From Bacteroidota bacterium (GTDB lineage: Bacteria; Bacteroidota; Bacteroidia; Chitinophagales; Chitinophagaceae), in NCBI GenBank assembly GCA_023424015.1, contig JAFAEM010000011.1:1140-65139 (forward strand): DNA of 64,000 bases. The letters are read 5' to 3'. This document shows, piece by piece, positions 10,147 to 20,513 of this stretch. Position 1 is the stretch's first letter. Each line of letters begins with the position of its first letter. The notes below the pieces were generated by a model, which made no database searches, had not been told where the DNA came from, and worked only from the letters and a program-made list of their open reading frames with translations. A program made the translations under genes and the position numbers.

Positions 10147-11233
10147 ATTGTATGTCCTGTGTGCTTACCTGGGAGTCTTCCTCATCCACCCGGTTCACAA
10201 AGAGTGTTTGTGTTGGGAAAGCAAACTCCACTTTCTCTTTTTCAAATTTTTCCAGGATCCGCAGGCCTATTTCATGATGCGTATCCATATAGATAAGATA
10301 ATCTGCAGACTCTATGAAGTAAACGATTTCAAAATTGAGACTGGAGTCACCAAAAGACTTGAAATGAGCCCGGTCGAATTTGGCAAGCTTTTGATTGGAA
10401 ATGATCTCCTTCATCCATTGGGGGATACTCCTTAATTTTTCCGCCGGAGTACCATAAACGACGCCAATATTAAACACTACTCTTCTCCGTTCAAGTCTCT
10501 TAAAGTTTTGAATGACCGATTTCACCATCTCCGCGTTGGGCATCACCAATTGCTGCCCATCGGGACTTCTTACATGCGATGTTTTTATTCCGATCTTTTC
10601 AACTGTTCCGCTATTGCCATTGGTAGTGATAAAATCGCCCACCTCAAAGGGTTTATCGAAAAAGATAACAAGATAGCTGAACAGGTCACTCAGAATATTC
10701 TGTGCAGCAAGGGCGATCGCGATACCACCTACACCAAGACCTGCAATAATCGTTGTGACATTATACCCCAGGTTATCGATCAGCAAAACGATACCAAAAA
10801 TCCAAACCAGGGCTTTAACCACCATCAATATCCCATTCAGTTGTTTTGCCCGCTCAGGTGGCTCATTACGGCGAACCATATAGGATCTTACAGCATGCTG
10901 AATGAGAAAATTGATCAGCCTGATGCCAAACCAGGTTGAAATAAATAGCATGGCTACATCCAGTATTCGACTTACCCTTGGGGCAAGCACTAACTGGTGT
11001 ATGATGCCATAATTGATGGAGAGGTAGATATAGGGAATAAGGAATTTCTCGGTAATAGTAACCAATACATCATCCAGGTTGGATGTGGTACGCAGGGTAA
11101 GGTTTTTAAGAAAAATGATCAGCCGGTTCTTTACCAGTTTCAATATCAGCCAGGCCAATATGATACCACCTGCGGCTATCAGGTAAGATAATACTGTATT
11201 TCCCCAATACACTCGTTCAAGAAATGGATCCAT
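10145..11233 (-). CDS. Small-conductance mechanosensitive channel (MscS family)
   Basis: [30 protein letters not shown] and EFAFPTQTL motifs. Confidence 0.93.
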   Translation of the reverse strand: MDPFLERVYWGNTVLSYLIAAGGIILAWLILKLVKNRLIIFLKNLTLRTTSNLDDVLVTITEKFLIPYIYLSINYGIIHQLVLAPRVSRILDVAMLFISTWFGIRLINFLIQHAVRSYMVRRNEPPERAKQLNGILMVVKALVWIFGIVLLIDNLGYNVTTIIAGLGVGGIAIALAAQNILSDLFSYLVIFFDKPFEVGDFITTNGNSGTVEKIGIKTSHVRSPDGQQLVMPNAEMVKSVIQNFKRLERRRVVFNIGVVYGTPAEKLRSIPQWMKEIISNQKLAKFDRAHFKSFGDSSLNFEIVYFIESADYLIYMDTHHEIGLRILEKFEKEKVEFAFPTQTLFVNRVDEEDSQVSTQDIQ

Positions 11234-11331
11234 CTTTCGGTTTTTTTACGGATGATAATAAAAAAGAGCAAAGTTACCCAATGAAAAATAATCAATTGCT
11301 TCGCTTACATTTGCGGCCTAACAACAAGCGT

Positions 11332-12417
11332 ATGAAGAACACTCCATTCACTGACAGGCATATCGCGCTGGGCGCGAAGATGGCGGAGTTTGCCGGTTAC
11401 AATATGCCCATCAGCTATACAGGTATAAATGATGAACACGCTGCCGTACGTAAGAATGCAGGGGTTTTTGATGTAAGTCATATGGGAGAGTTTATTCTTA
11501 AAGGAGAAAACGCCCTGGACCTGATACAACGCGTGACCACCAACGACGCTTCGAAATTAAAAAATGGCCAGGCACAGTACAGCTGTCTGCCCAACACCAC
11601 CGGTGGCATTGTAGACGATCTTCTTGTGTATTGCATTGAAGAAAACAATGTGTACATGCTGGTAGTGAATGCTTCCAATATTGAAAAAGACTGGAATTGG
11701 ATCAGTCAGCATAATACCAGGAATGTGGAAATGCATAATATTTCCGACAAGACCTGTTTACTGGCTATCCAGGGACCGAATGCCACCAGGATCCTGCAGC
11801 CAATGACAGATATGGATATTCTCAACCTGAAGTATTACACTTTTATGAAAGGTGAGTTTGCCGGCGTGAAGAATGTACTCGTGAGCGCTACAGGGTATAC
11901 CGGCGCAGGCGGCGTTGAGATTTATTTTGAAAATAAAGACAACGATGCCAACAAGATCTGGGACGCGATCTTTGAAGCGGGTGCAGCGGCAGGGATCAAG
12001 CCTATCGGACTTGGCGCCCGTGATACGCTGAGACTGGAAATGGGATTCTGCCTGTATGGAAACGATATTGATGACCAAACCTCACCACTTGAGGCAGGAC
12101 TGGGCTGGATCACTAAGTTCAACAAAGAATTTACCAGCAAGTCATTGTTTGAAAAGCAGAAAGCTGATGGCGTAACCCGAAAACTTGTCGGTTTTGAGAT
12201 GATCGATAAGGGCATTCCACGTCATGGCTACGAAATACAGGATCAAACGGGTGCCCCGATCGGGGTGGTCACCTCAGGCACACAATCACCCAGCCTCTCT
12301 AAAGCCATCGGTATGGGTTATGTGAGTACCGGCCATTGGGCGATTGATTCGGAAATATACATACGTGTACGAGATAAATTACTAAAGGCGAAAGTGGTAA
12401 AAATGCCATTTTCCTGA
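11332..12417 (+). CDS. gcvT: Glycine cleavage system aminomethyltransferase T
   Basis: [19 protein letters not shown] and [13 protein letters not shown] motifs. Start set at ATG 11332 (MKNTPF), downstream of the -7 box TACATTTG at 11306-11313. Confidence 0.96.
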   Translation: MKNTPFTDRHIALGAKMAEFAGYNMPISYTGINDEHAAVRKNAGVFDVSHMGEFILKGENALDLIQRVTTNDASKLKNGQAQYSCLPNTTGGIVDDLLVYCIEENNVYMLVVNASNIEKDWNWISQHNTRNVEMHNISDKTCLLAIQGPNATRILQPMTDMDILNLKYYTFMKGEFAGVKNVLVSATGYTGAGGVEIYFENKDNDANKIWDAIFEAGAAAGIKPIGLGARDTLRLEMGFCLYGNDIDDQTSPLEAGLGWITKFNKEFTSKSLFEKQKADGVTRKLVGFEMIDKGIPRHGYEIQDQTGAPIGVVTSGTQSPSLSKAIGMGYVSTGHWAIDSEIYIRVRDKLLKAKVVKMPFS

Positions 12418-12545
12418 TCCCTTATCACCGGCATACTTTAAACCGCGGATTCTTCGTTGATGGCTAAAATGCTGATTAATTATTAAGGAAAGGCTTGATT
12501 TTTGTGCAATCTGGCCGTTCCGGATTAAAAATTTTCACATTGCTT

Positions 12546-13022
12546 ATGCCCACCATCCATCTGACTACTTTTATCGCAGCGCCTGTGGAGCGGGTCTTCG
12601 ATCTTGCCCGGAGTGTCGAAATGCATAAACACACGATGACAAAACACAAAGAAGAAGCGGTGGCAGGAACCCGGTTTGGCCTGATGGAGAAAAATGATAC
12701 CGTGACCTGGAAAGCCCGGCATTTATTCAAGACCAGGTTTCTTCGTTCAGAAATTACCGATATGAAAAAGCCGGCGATGTTTGTTGACGAACAACTGAAA
12801 GGCGATTTCAAAAAAATGCGGCACGAACACCATTTTAAGCCCTGCGATAATGGTACGATCATGATCGACCTGCTGGAGTTCGAGCCGCCATATGGTTCTT
12901 TTGGGAAATTTGTTTCGAGGGTATACCTGAATCGTTATATGAAAAACCTGATCGAGCAAAGAAATAAACAGATCAAAGAGTTTGCAGAGGGTGAAAAATG
13001 GCGAAAGTTCCTAAACAGGTAA
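12546..13022 (+). CDS. SRPBCC family protein
   Basis: MPTIHLTTFIAAPVERVFDLARS, VTWKARH and FVDEQLKGDF motifs. ATG at 12546. Confidence 0.85.
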   Translation: MPTIHLTTFIAAPVERVFDLARSVEMHKHTMTKHKEEAVAGTRFGLMEKNDTVTWKARHLFKTRFLRSEITDMKKPAMFVDEQLKGDFKKMRHEHHFKPCDNGTIMIDLLEFEPPYGSFGKFVSRVYLNRYMKNLIEQRNKQIKEFAEGEKWRKFLNR

Positions 13023-13104
13023 CGCTTTTGTCAAGCCCGACTTCCCGGCCCCTCTAAAATGAAGCCTAACCTTTTTATAATCCTTCCCGTATTTTTGCCG
13101 CCGC

Positions 13105-13848
13105 ATGATTAATAAGCCAACCCTGCATACTTCGTTGTCTCCGGCCCTCCTGAATTTGTATGATGTAAGCAATAGCATCGTTGTGATCATCGATGTACTC
13201 AGGGCCACTTCCACTATTGCCACTGCGCTTTACAATGGTGCCCGTTGCGTGATCCCGGTGGATAGCGTGACACGGTGTATGGAGATCGGTCGCCAGATCG
13301 AAGGTATAACTGCGGGTGAACGGGATGGGCAGATTGCCGAGGGCCTTGAATATGGCAATTCACCTTTTGAATATCCCCGCGAATTTATTGAAGGCAGAAC
13401 CCTTGTACTGACTACGACTAATGGCACCAGGTTATTGCATATGGCTTTGGAAAAAGGAGCGCAGGAGATCATCACCGGATCGTTTCCAAACCTTTCCGCT
13501 GTTTGCGAACACCTCGTATCCAGGAATCAGAATGTCATCCTGGGTTGTGCCGCCTGGAAAGACCGGGTAAACATAGAGGACATGCTTTTTGCGGGCGCTG
13601 TTATTTCGGAGATCGGCAAAAATTTTTCAATCAATTGCGACTCCTCTCATATCGCTTCGCGCATGTATGAAAGCGGCAAAAAAGATCTTTTTGCTTTCAT
13701 GAAAAAAAATGATGCTTCGCATTATCATCGCCTGATGAAATTCGGACTGGAGAAAGATATTCGCTATTGCCTGACCCGGGATGGCGCCAATGTACTACCT
13801 GAATATGCGGACGGAAAACTCATTGTAAAAAAAGCAGGCAGCAACTAA
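13105..13848 (+). CDS. comB: 2-phosphosulfolactate phosphatase family protein
   Basis: VIIDVLRATSTI, AGERDG, GNSPFE and LTTTNGT motifs. -7 box TATTTTTG at 13090-13097. Confidence 0.9.
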   Translation: MINKPTLHTSLSPALLNLYDVSNSIVVIIDVLRATSTIATALYNGARCVIPVDSVTRCMEIGRQIEGITAGERDGQIAEGLEYGNSPFEYPREFIEGRTLVLTTTNGTRLLHMALEKGAQEIITGSFPNLSAVCEHLVSRNQNVILGCAAWKDRVNIEDMLFAGAVISEIGKNFSINCDSSHIASRMYESGKKDLFAFMKKNDASHYHRLMKFGLEKDIRYCLTRDGANVLPEYADGKLIVKKAGSN

Positions 13849-14044
13849 TCCTGCGGCAGGAAAAAACCTTCAAAGATAGCTCATTTTTCCCGCTTGGTGG
13901 CTGTATAAAATTTATTTATTTATTCCCCTTTTTATCAGGAAATCAGCGGCAGTTTGCTTTAGATTTGCCGATTGTCCTTTTCACAATTGGACAGGCGAAC
14001 CCGTAGTGGTTTGCCGGCACGATTGAAAAAAATTGAAAAACTGA

Positions 14045-17000
14045 ATGGCCTTACCTCATCTCTTAAAGTATGTGTATACCCATGGAACTGACGAAGTGAT
14101 CCGTCGTGGCAAAAAGATCCATTCTTTAGGTTTCGTGGAACTGGTGGAATACGACGATCTGTTTGGCTCCGCCGTCTTTCGTGTAAAAGATGACAGCTAC
14201 TCCACTTATTATAAAGTTCATGTACAACGGTTCAAAGACCCCAGGGATGTATCGTTGCGATGCAGCTGTCCTTATAATATCGGGGATATCTGCCGCCACG
14301 AGACAGCTTCGCTTTTCCAGTTGCAGGAAATGATGGATCGCGGCCAGTTGCAGGCAGATGGTATAAAGTATGACCAGCGTCATACCGTGGCGAAGATGAA
14401 AACCATCGACCTCAAAACGCTTCGACTGTTATCATCTTCTGATATTTTCCTGGAAGCAGAAAAATATCTTGAAACACAGAAAGCCATTATCGAGCAGGCC
14501 GAAAATGAAATGGTAAAGGCTTCAGTAACCGTGAACGGGAAAACTTATCCCGTAATAATCCGTAAAAATGAAGAGCGAAATTTTGATACCAGCTCCGACT
14601 ACGAGGATGAAGAGCATTTGCTCTGCCTGCCCAAAGTGATTGTCTTTCTCCAATTGTATAAAAAACACGGTGCAAATTATTTTGATAGTATTCGCAATTG
14701 GGATAAGGATAAGAACAAGTTGCTCGAAGCATACGGTTATTCGCTGAATGATGACCTGAAAGGAAAGTTTGAATTTGCCTATAAGGACGGTAAACCTTTT
14801 TTGCGGGTGCTTGATTCGAGTATAAAAAGAGTGGCGCCAGTTGCCGCTCCCGCCAGGCCCGTTATTATTCCACAAAGAGAAAAAGAGATCGAAGCACCAC
14901 AGGTATTGCAGGAAAGCGAACCCGCAGTACCGGCACAAAGAGTCGGCGTGGTCTTTAATTTCAATAAGAAAACATATCCCTGGTTTACCATCGACATTGT
15001 TATCGGCGAACCGAATGACAACAATGACGGTTTTGCCGGCAAGGTGGAAAAACCGGATATCTCGCGTTTTGTTGACACAGATAAACTGCCGGGGGAAGAT
15101 CGCCATTTGTTGTCGGTAGTGAGAAAACTGCAGGATACCGATATTAATAAATACATCAGCAAGAACTCCCCATTTTCTGGCATCTGGGAAAATATCATTC
15201 ACCAGGAAGAGGATGATCTGCCTGCGGAAACTAAAGAACTAATGACGGAATACCTGTTCCCAAGGTTGCGAAAACTTTGCACCGAGCAGGCTGAAACGGC
15301 TTTGTTCTTTATTTTACCAGAGAACAAGCCCTTTAAAACATCAAATCTTCAACCTCTTCAGGTAATAAAAGAAGTTGCCCAGCCGCGGTTTCATATTAAA
15401 AAGAACTCACACTATACCATTTCATGCCGGATCAGCACTACGGGTATGGAGTATGACCTGGGCGAGAATGAAAGTAATAGTCCGCTTGTATTCCTGTACA
15501 ATCACCAGCTATATACCTGGAGCAGCAACGAGATCGTGCATCTCGTAGAACAGTTTTTACCAGATGGTAAAATGACAATACCGGCGGATGAATGGAGTAA
15601 GAAACTGCACGATTTTGTGATACCACTCGCACGGGAGTACCGTATCGATTTTGACAAATCCCTGGTGCAGGAAATAAAGGACGGTGATCCTGAAGTAAAA
15701 TTATTCCTGATTGAAAAAGGTGATTACCTGGTGTTCCAGCCATCTTATTCATACAAGGGATATGAAACAAAAGCCAAAGACAGGGATGAGATTGTGATAC
15801 CACAGGGCGATAAGGTGACAATAGTACATCGCAATCGCGAAGTTGAAAATGCATTCATAGCGAGGTTGCAGAGCCTGCATTCCAACTTTATCGTCAACGA
15901 GGAAAGCGGTTCCCTGGCGCTCAAAGGCACCGATGTACTGAAGAATAACTGGTTCTTCCTGTTTGTCGATGCCATGAAGGAGATGAAAACACCAGTTTTC
16001 GGTTTCGAGGCGCTAAAGAATTTCCGGTTCAATACATCGAAACCACAAACGAGGATCTTTATCAGCAGCAACACCGACTGGTTTGACGCAAAAGTTGATA
16101 TCCTGTTCGGTGATCAGAAAGTGACGGTGGCAGAAGTGAAAAGAGCATTGGCAAACAAGCAACAGTTTGTACAATTGAATGACGGCACACTTGGAATACT
16201 ACCCGATGAGTGGCTGAAGAAATACTCTCTGCTGTTCCGTGTAGGTGAAGGTAATACCAATAACCTGAAGCTTTCACGCTTTCACTTAAGTGTTGTTGAT
16301 GAATTATATGCTGAGCGTGATGAAGAAGAGCTGGTCGTGAATCTCGAAGAGAAATATGAGAACCTGCGCCAGTTCAATACTATTAAGGAAGTAGAACCAC
16401 CGTCATCGCTGCAGGCCATACTACGCCCTTACCAGGTAGCAGGATTTCAATGGCTGAATTATCTCACAGAGATCAAGTGGGGCGGAATCCTTGCGGATGA
16501 TATGGGTTTGGGTAAGACAGTACAGGCCCTTTCATTCCTGGAGCATTACCGGCATGAACACGGCGGACTGAAGGCCCTGGTAGTTTGTCCCACCACGCTG
16601 ATCTATAACTGGGAGAATGAGATCAGGAAGTTTACGCCAGAACTTACCTACCGTATCCATCATGGACCGACGCGTACGAGGTCAAAAGAGGAAATGGTTG
16701 ATCATAATGTGACCATTACCACCTATGGCACCCTGCGTAGTGATATAAAGCTTTTGCTCAGCGTGAACTTTGACTATGTCGTATTGGATGAAAGCCAGGC
16801 GATCAAAAATCCATCGAGCAAGGTGACAAAAGCCGCCAGCCTGCTGAATGCGAAGCACCGTTTATGCATGAGTGGTACGCCTTTGCAGAATAATACTTTT
16901 GATGTATTCGCACAGATGAATTTTCTGAACCCGGGTATGCTGGGTACAATGGAATTTTTCCGCCAGGAGTTTGCTATCCCAATTGATAAATTTGGCGAGC

Positions 17001-17809
17001 AGGACCGTAAAGAGCACCTCCGGAAAATTTTATATCCTTTTATTCTGAGACGAACCAAGGAGCAGGTGGCCAAGGACCTGCCTGAAAAACAGGAAATGAT
17101 ACTTTGGTGCGAAATGGAAGACGAACAACGAAGGATCTATGATGCATATCGTAACGAGTACCGTGATAAGATCCTCGGCACGATCCAGGAACAGGGTATT
17201 CAGCGATCACAACTAACGATATTGCAGGGACTGATGAAACTGCGCCAGATCTGTGATTCACCCGCGATTTTGAACGAAGAAGAAAAATTTGAAAACCATT
17301 CAATCAAGCTCGAAGAGCTGGCGCGTGAGATCACCGAGAATATCAGCAATCACAAGGCGCTGGTGTTTTCCCAATTCCTGGGCATGCTTGCGTTGATCAG
17401 GGCTAAACTGGAAGAGTTGGGTGTGAAATATGAGTATTTTGATGGCAGCACTTCCGCACCTGACCGTGAAAAAGCTATTCAAAGTTTCCAGAATGATGAT
17501 ACCGTACGAGTGTTTTTAATATCACTCAAAGCAGGTGGTGTAGGTTTGAACCTTACTGCTGCGGATTATGTGTACATCGTGGATCCCTGGTGGAATCCAG
17601 CCGTGGAGCAACAGGCGATAGACCGTACACACCGTATCGGTCAGACAAAGAATATTTTTGCCTACCGCATGATCTGCCACGACACCATCGAGGATAAGAT
17701 ACTGCAACTACAGGAAAAGAAAAGATCGCTGGCTAAAGAACTGATCGCCGACGATACATCATTCGTGAAGAGCCTGAGCAGGGAGGACGTCGAATACTTG
17801 TTTAGCTAG
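14045..17809 (+). CDS. SWIM-domain SNF2-family helicase/ATPase
   Basis: N-terminal CSCP..ICRH SWIM finger. Helicase motifs LADDMGLGKT, LDESQAIKN, SGTPLQN, SLKAGGVGLNL and QAIDRTHRIGQ. Confidence 0.94.
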   Translation: MALPHLLKYVYTHGTDEVIRRGKKIHSLGFVELVEYDDLFGSAVFRVKDDSYSTYYKVHVQRFKDPRDVSLRCSCPYNIGDICRHETASLFQLQEMMDRGQLQADGIKYDQRHTVAKMKTIDLKTLRLLSSSDIFLEAEKYLETQKAIIEQAENEMVKASVTVNGKTYPVIIRKNEERNFDTSSDYEDEEHLLCLPKVIVFLQLYKKHGANYFDSIRNWDKDKNKLLEAYGYSLNDDLKGKFEFAYKDGKPFLRVLDSSIKRVAPVAAPARPVIIPQREKEIEAPQVLQESEPAVPAQRVGVVFNFNKKTYPWFTIDIVIGEPNDNNDGFAGKVEKPDISRFVDTDKLPGEDRHLLSVVRKLQDTDINKYISKNSPFSGIWENIIHQEEDDLPAETKELMTEYLFPRLRKLCTEQAETALFFILPENKPFKTSNLQPLQVIKEVAQPRFHIKKNSHYTISCRISTTGMEYDLGENESNSPLVFLYNHQLYTWSSNEIVHLVEQFLPDGKMTIPADEWSKKLHDFVIPLAREYRIDFDKSLVQEIKDGDPEVKLFLIEKGDYLVFQPSYSYKGYETKAKDRDEIVIPQGDKVTIVHRNREVENAFIARLQSLHSNFIVNEESGSLALKGTDVLKNNWFFLFVDAMKEMKTPVFGFEALKNFRFNTSKPQTRIFISSNTDWFDAKVDILFGDQKVTVAEVKRALANKQQFVQLNDGTLGILPDEWLKKYSLLFRVGEGNTNNLKLSRFHLSVVDELYAERDEEELVVNLEEKYENLRQFNTIKEVEPPSSLQAILRPYQVAGFQWLNYLTEIKWGGILADDMGLGKTVQALSFLEHYRHEHGGLKALVVCPTTLIYNWENEIRKFTPELTYRIHHGPTRTRSKEEMVDHNVTITTYGTLRSDIKLLLSVNFDYVVLDESQAIKNPSSKVTKAASLLNAKHRLCMSGTPLQNNTFDVFAQMNFLNPGMLGTMEFFRQEFAIPIDKFGEQDRKEHLRKILYPFILRRTKEQVAKDLPEKQEMILWCEMEDEQRRIYDAYRNEYRDKILGTIQEQGIQRSQLTILQGLMKLRQICDSPAILNEEEKFENHSIKLEELAREITENISNHKALVFSQFLGMLALIRAKLEELGVKYEYFDGSTSAPDREKAIQSFQNDDTVRVFLISLKAGGVGLNLTAADYVYIVDPWWNPAVEQQAIDRTHRIGQTKNIFAYRMICHDTIEDKILQLQEKKRSLAKELIADDTSFVKSLSREDVEYLFS

Positions 17810-17859
17810 GGATTGTAAAATTCCTGGAAGAAAGTTTTTTACAATAACATCATTTAGGT

Positions 17860-17893
17860 TGTCGGGTGCATCATCGCACCCGACATGTTTTTA
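17860..17893 (+). terminator. Intrinsic terminator after the SNF2 gene
   Basis: 10-bp stem TGTCGGGTGC/GCACCCGACA with a 6-nt loop, followed by TGTTTTT. Confidence 0.75.
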
Positions 17894-17930
17894 TTATTTC
17901 ATGTGGGCGTTTTAAAGTTGCCGGCGACTA

Positions 17931-19376
17931 TTATTCCAACCTGTTTGCAATAAACTTACCACCCTGCGTAAGCTCAAAGGAGCTGACTTTATCATCTTTA
18001 AAGATCATCCTGATACTGGCATTGGGGATCTCAGCTACTGTGAATTCTGTTGCGTTGATGAAGATAGCCTCATAACCCGTGGCCGGCTGACCATTTTGCT
18101 GCACGCATAGTTTCTCACCGCAGAAGTTGATGGAGATCGTGTCTTTAAACAACAGGTAATTGCCGACGTATTTGGCAAGTGTATCTTTCGTTGGCTGATA
18201 TACGGTACGGAATACGGGTTTATAAAGTTCTTTCCATCCATAAACGCGGGCTACGCTGGCCACCACTTCATTTATTATCCTGAATTGATCACTATTGGTC
18301 ATGATCACTACACCATTGCCGCCTTCCAGGCTGCCATAGGAGGTACAGGTGAATCCTTCGTTGCCTCCATTATGTGTGAAGTAACGGTCTTCACCTTTCC
18401 CGGCGATGAATACACCCAGCGCAGCGTCCTTGTCGACATAAGGTGTCAGTCTTTTTTGCGTAAATGCCTGGTTGAGCACTTTGGAAGATTTGTTTTTATA
18501 AGCAAGCTGCGTTTCAATAATGTATTTTGCTAAGTCGGTAGGAGTAGTCCAAAGTCCGGCGGCAGCCTGCTCAGGGTAAATATGATACTTACCCTTGACC
18601 GCATTACCACCAGTATAGGCAGTGGCGAGTTCGGTGCCCGCAACGGGCGGCTGCACAAATGAACTGTTCGACATGCCCAGCGGCTTTAATACTTCCGATT
18701 CCATAAAGTCCTCGTATTTCTTTCCTGTAATATCGGTAAGCAGGAGCTGGCTGATCGTAGTGCCGCCACCCGAGTATTGAAACTTCAAACCGGGTTCAAA
18801 AAGTGATCGGATCGGTTTTGTGTTGGCAGGCTTTGTTCCATCGAGGATTTGAATAATGCTGGGGCGTTCTTCCATGATGGCATAGCCTGGGAAACCATGA
18901 ACGGATAGACCGGCAGTATGGCTCAGAAGATTGGCTACCGTAATCTTTTTCCCTTTCGATAAACTATCATAAGGGAATTTCCAGGATCGTAAATATTGGT
19001 TGATATCAGTTTCCAGGTCCAGTTTGCCCTGTTGCGCCAATTTCAGGATAGCCAGGCCATTGATGCTTTTACTGATCGATGCCGCCTGGAATCTTGTATT
19101 GGTGGTTACCCGGCGGGATTCTTCACGATCGGCCCAGCCAAAACCTTTGGCCCAATCCAGTTTATAATCTTTGATGACGGCAACACTTAATCCGGTGACA
19201 CCGTATTTTTCCATTTGCTGAAGGATATTCAATTGCGGTAATGTATCGCCGAAGATTATCGCTGGCGCGAGATTATTTTCTACCGCCCTGATGCGATCGT
19301 CCAGTTTGCCAGGTTGAGCACAGGCGGTGTTAGTACTAAACACAAATAGGAGAATTGCCGGGAGCAGGTGACGCAT
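17931..19376 (-). CDS. Serine hydrolase (beta-lactamase/AmpC-like family) with C-terminal extension
   Basis: SxxK (ASISK), LLSHTAG, YSGGG and HNGG motifs. Signal peptide present. Confidence 0.9.
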   Translation of the reverse strand: MRHLLPAILLFVFSTNTACAQPGKLDDRIRAVENNLAPAIIFGDTLPQLNILQQMEKYGVTGLSVAVIKDYKLDWAKGFGWADREESRRVTTNTRFQAASISKSINGLAILKLAQQGKLDLETDINQYLRSWKFPYDSLSKGKKITVANLLSHTAGLSVHGFPGYAIMEERPSIIQILDGTKPANTKPIRSLFEPGLKFQYSGGGTTISQLLLTDITGKKYEDFMESEVLKPLGMSNSSFVQPPVAGTELATAYTGGNAVKGKYHIYPEQAAAGLWTTPTDLAKYIIETQLAYKNKSSKVLNQAFTQKRLTPYVDKDAALGVFIAGKGEDRYFTHNGGNEGFTCTSYGSLEGGNGVVIMTNSDQFRIINEVVASVARVYGWKELYKPVFRTVYQPTKDTLAKYVGNYLLFKDTISINFCGEKLCVQQNGQPATGYEAIFINATEFTVAEIPNASIRMIFKDDKVSSFELTQGGKFIANRLE

Positions 19377-19468
19377 AACAGTCTCTTTAAGTTCGATTAA
19401 TTAAAAATGTGGGATAGAAGGGCGAGGTACAGCTAGTCGAAATTAAGTATCCTGCTGTTATTAAAATC

Positions 19469-19501
19469 AAAAAATCCCCTTGCATGGTAACAAGGGGATT
19501 T
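19469..19501 (-). terminator. Intrinsic terminator, minus strand
   Basis: 11-bp stem AAATCCCCTTG/CAAGGGGATTT with an A tract on the left, which reads as a U tract on the minus strand. Confidence 0.65.
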
Positions 19502-19792
19502 AATATAATAGGGGTTAGTAGAGAAAAACTATTTCCTTCTCATAGTGCCGGCTGCCGGCGATGAGCCTGAAATAAAAACAGACAATATGGATTTAAACAG
19601 GCGGAAAAAATTGAAAGAAGGTTTGTAGTAACTCCGATAAATCTTTGCCTCTTCATGAGAGTGCACTATGTTCTTATTCTTCATACGGAACGCGTTTAAT
19701 AATGGGATAACGAAAAAAGCACATCCAAAGTATATAATAATTGCTGATTTTCATAAATATTTGTGGCTTTATTAACCCGTTAATCCATACTC

Positions 19793-20380
19793 ATGAAAAA
19801 AACAGTAAAATTCCTACTGCTTTTATTTGTTACTTCTACGTTCGCAAATCTGTCCAACGCCCAATTCAGACTGCCCGGCGCCAATGCCCTGGCTGCCGAC
19901 CTTCGAAAGGTGATACGCGAATACCCTCACCAGTTCACCGGCCTGCGTGGCGAAGTGATCGAGGAAAATCCACAGTCGACCAGTTATGATTGCACATTCA
20001 AAGTAAGCGGTGCTGAGACTTCTTCCATCATCCGTTATTCGGCTAACAACAGGAAGGTGTACAGCTGGGAAGCCCTGATGCTTACAACGGATGAGTTTGA
20101 AAAAGCAAAACAAAAGTTCCAGGCGCTGTATCGCCAGTTCAACCAGCTTGGTGTAAAGATGGACTATGGCGAAACTTTTTATCTCGGCGGCAAATATGTG
20201 CAGCCGGTGGAAGAGAAAAAGTTCAACATCATCACACTTCAATTTGAAAACCCCGACCGCAATACCTATAAAATGCGGCTTGAAATTTCCATGCAATATG
20301 AAATGCCGGAATGGAAAGTAAGGGTGTTGATCTACGAACACCAACGCGATGACGATGATCAGGGCGATATAGTCGAGTAG
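19793..20380 (+). CDS. Secreted hypothetical protein
   Basis: 195-aa ORF with signal peptide, followed by a hairpin and T tract at about 20389-20424. Confidence 0.8.
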   Translation: MKKTVKFLLLLFVTSTFANLSNAQFRLPGANALAADLRKVIREYPHQFTGLRGEVIEENPQSTSYDCTFKVSGAETSSIIRYSANNRKVYSWEALMLTTDEFEKAKQKFQALYRQFNQLGVKMDYGETFYLGGKYVQPVEEKKFNIITLQFENPDRNTYKMRLEISMQYEMPEWKVRVLIYEHQRDDDDQGDIVE

Positions 20381-20423
20381 TTAAGATAAAGGCCCATAGT
20401 ATGTCGGTCGGGCTGTGGGCTTT

Positions 20424-20491
20424 TATTAACTTTCGTTAACATTAATCCAAACCAAATTAACCGTATCTGGAATGAAGTAAGAATATTTTCG
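20424..20491 (+). promoter_or_regulatory. Triple TTAAC box plus degenerate -7 element upstream of the outer-membrane barrel gene
   Basis: TTAAC at 20426, 20436 and 20457, then TATTTTCG 22 nt later. Spacing is identical to the site upstream of the GLPGLI gene. Confidence 0.65.
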
Positions 20492-20513
20492 TATCCGGTA
20501 AAACCACCGGTTT

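Noticed and set aside
11224..11331. N-terminal extension of gcvT in the ORF track
   Set aside because: It overlaps the divergent mscS start and contains the -7 promoter box. Homology-like sequence begins at MKNTPF (11332).
14045..17809. SNF2 helicase as part of an anti-phage defence island
   Set aside because: No methylase, nuclease or other defence gene is adjacent. SWIM-SNF2 in a housekeeping context is ordinary.
17931..19376. Serine hydrolases (also 53304 and 62615) as true beta-lactamase resistance genes
   Set aside because: SxxK-family motifs alone do not show beta-lactamase activity, and there is no resistance-island context.
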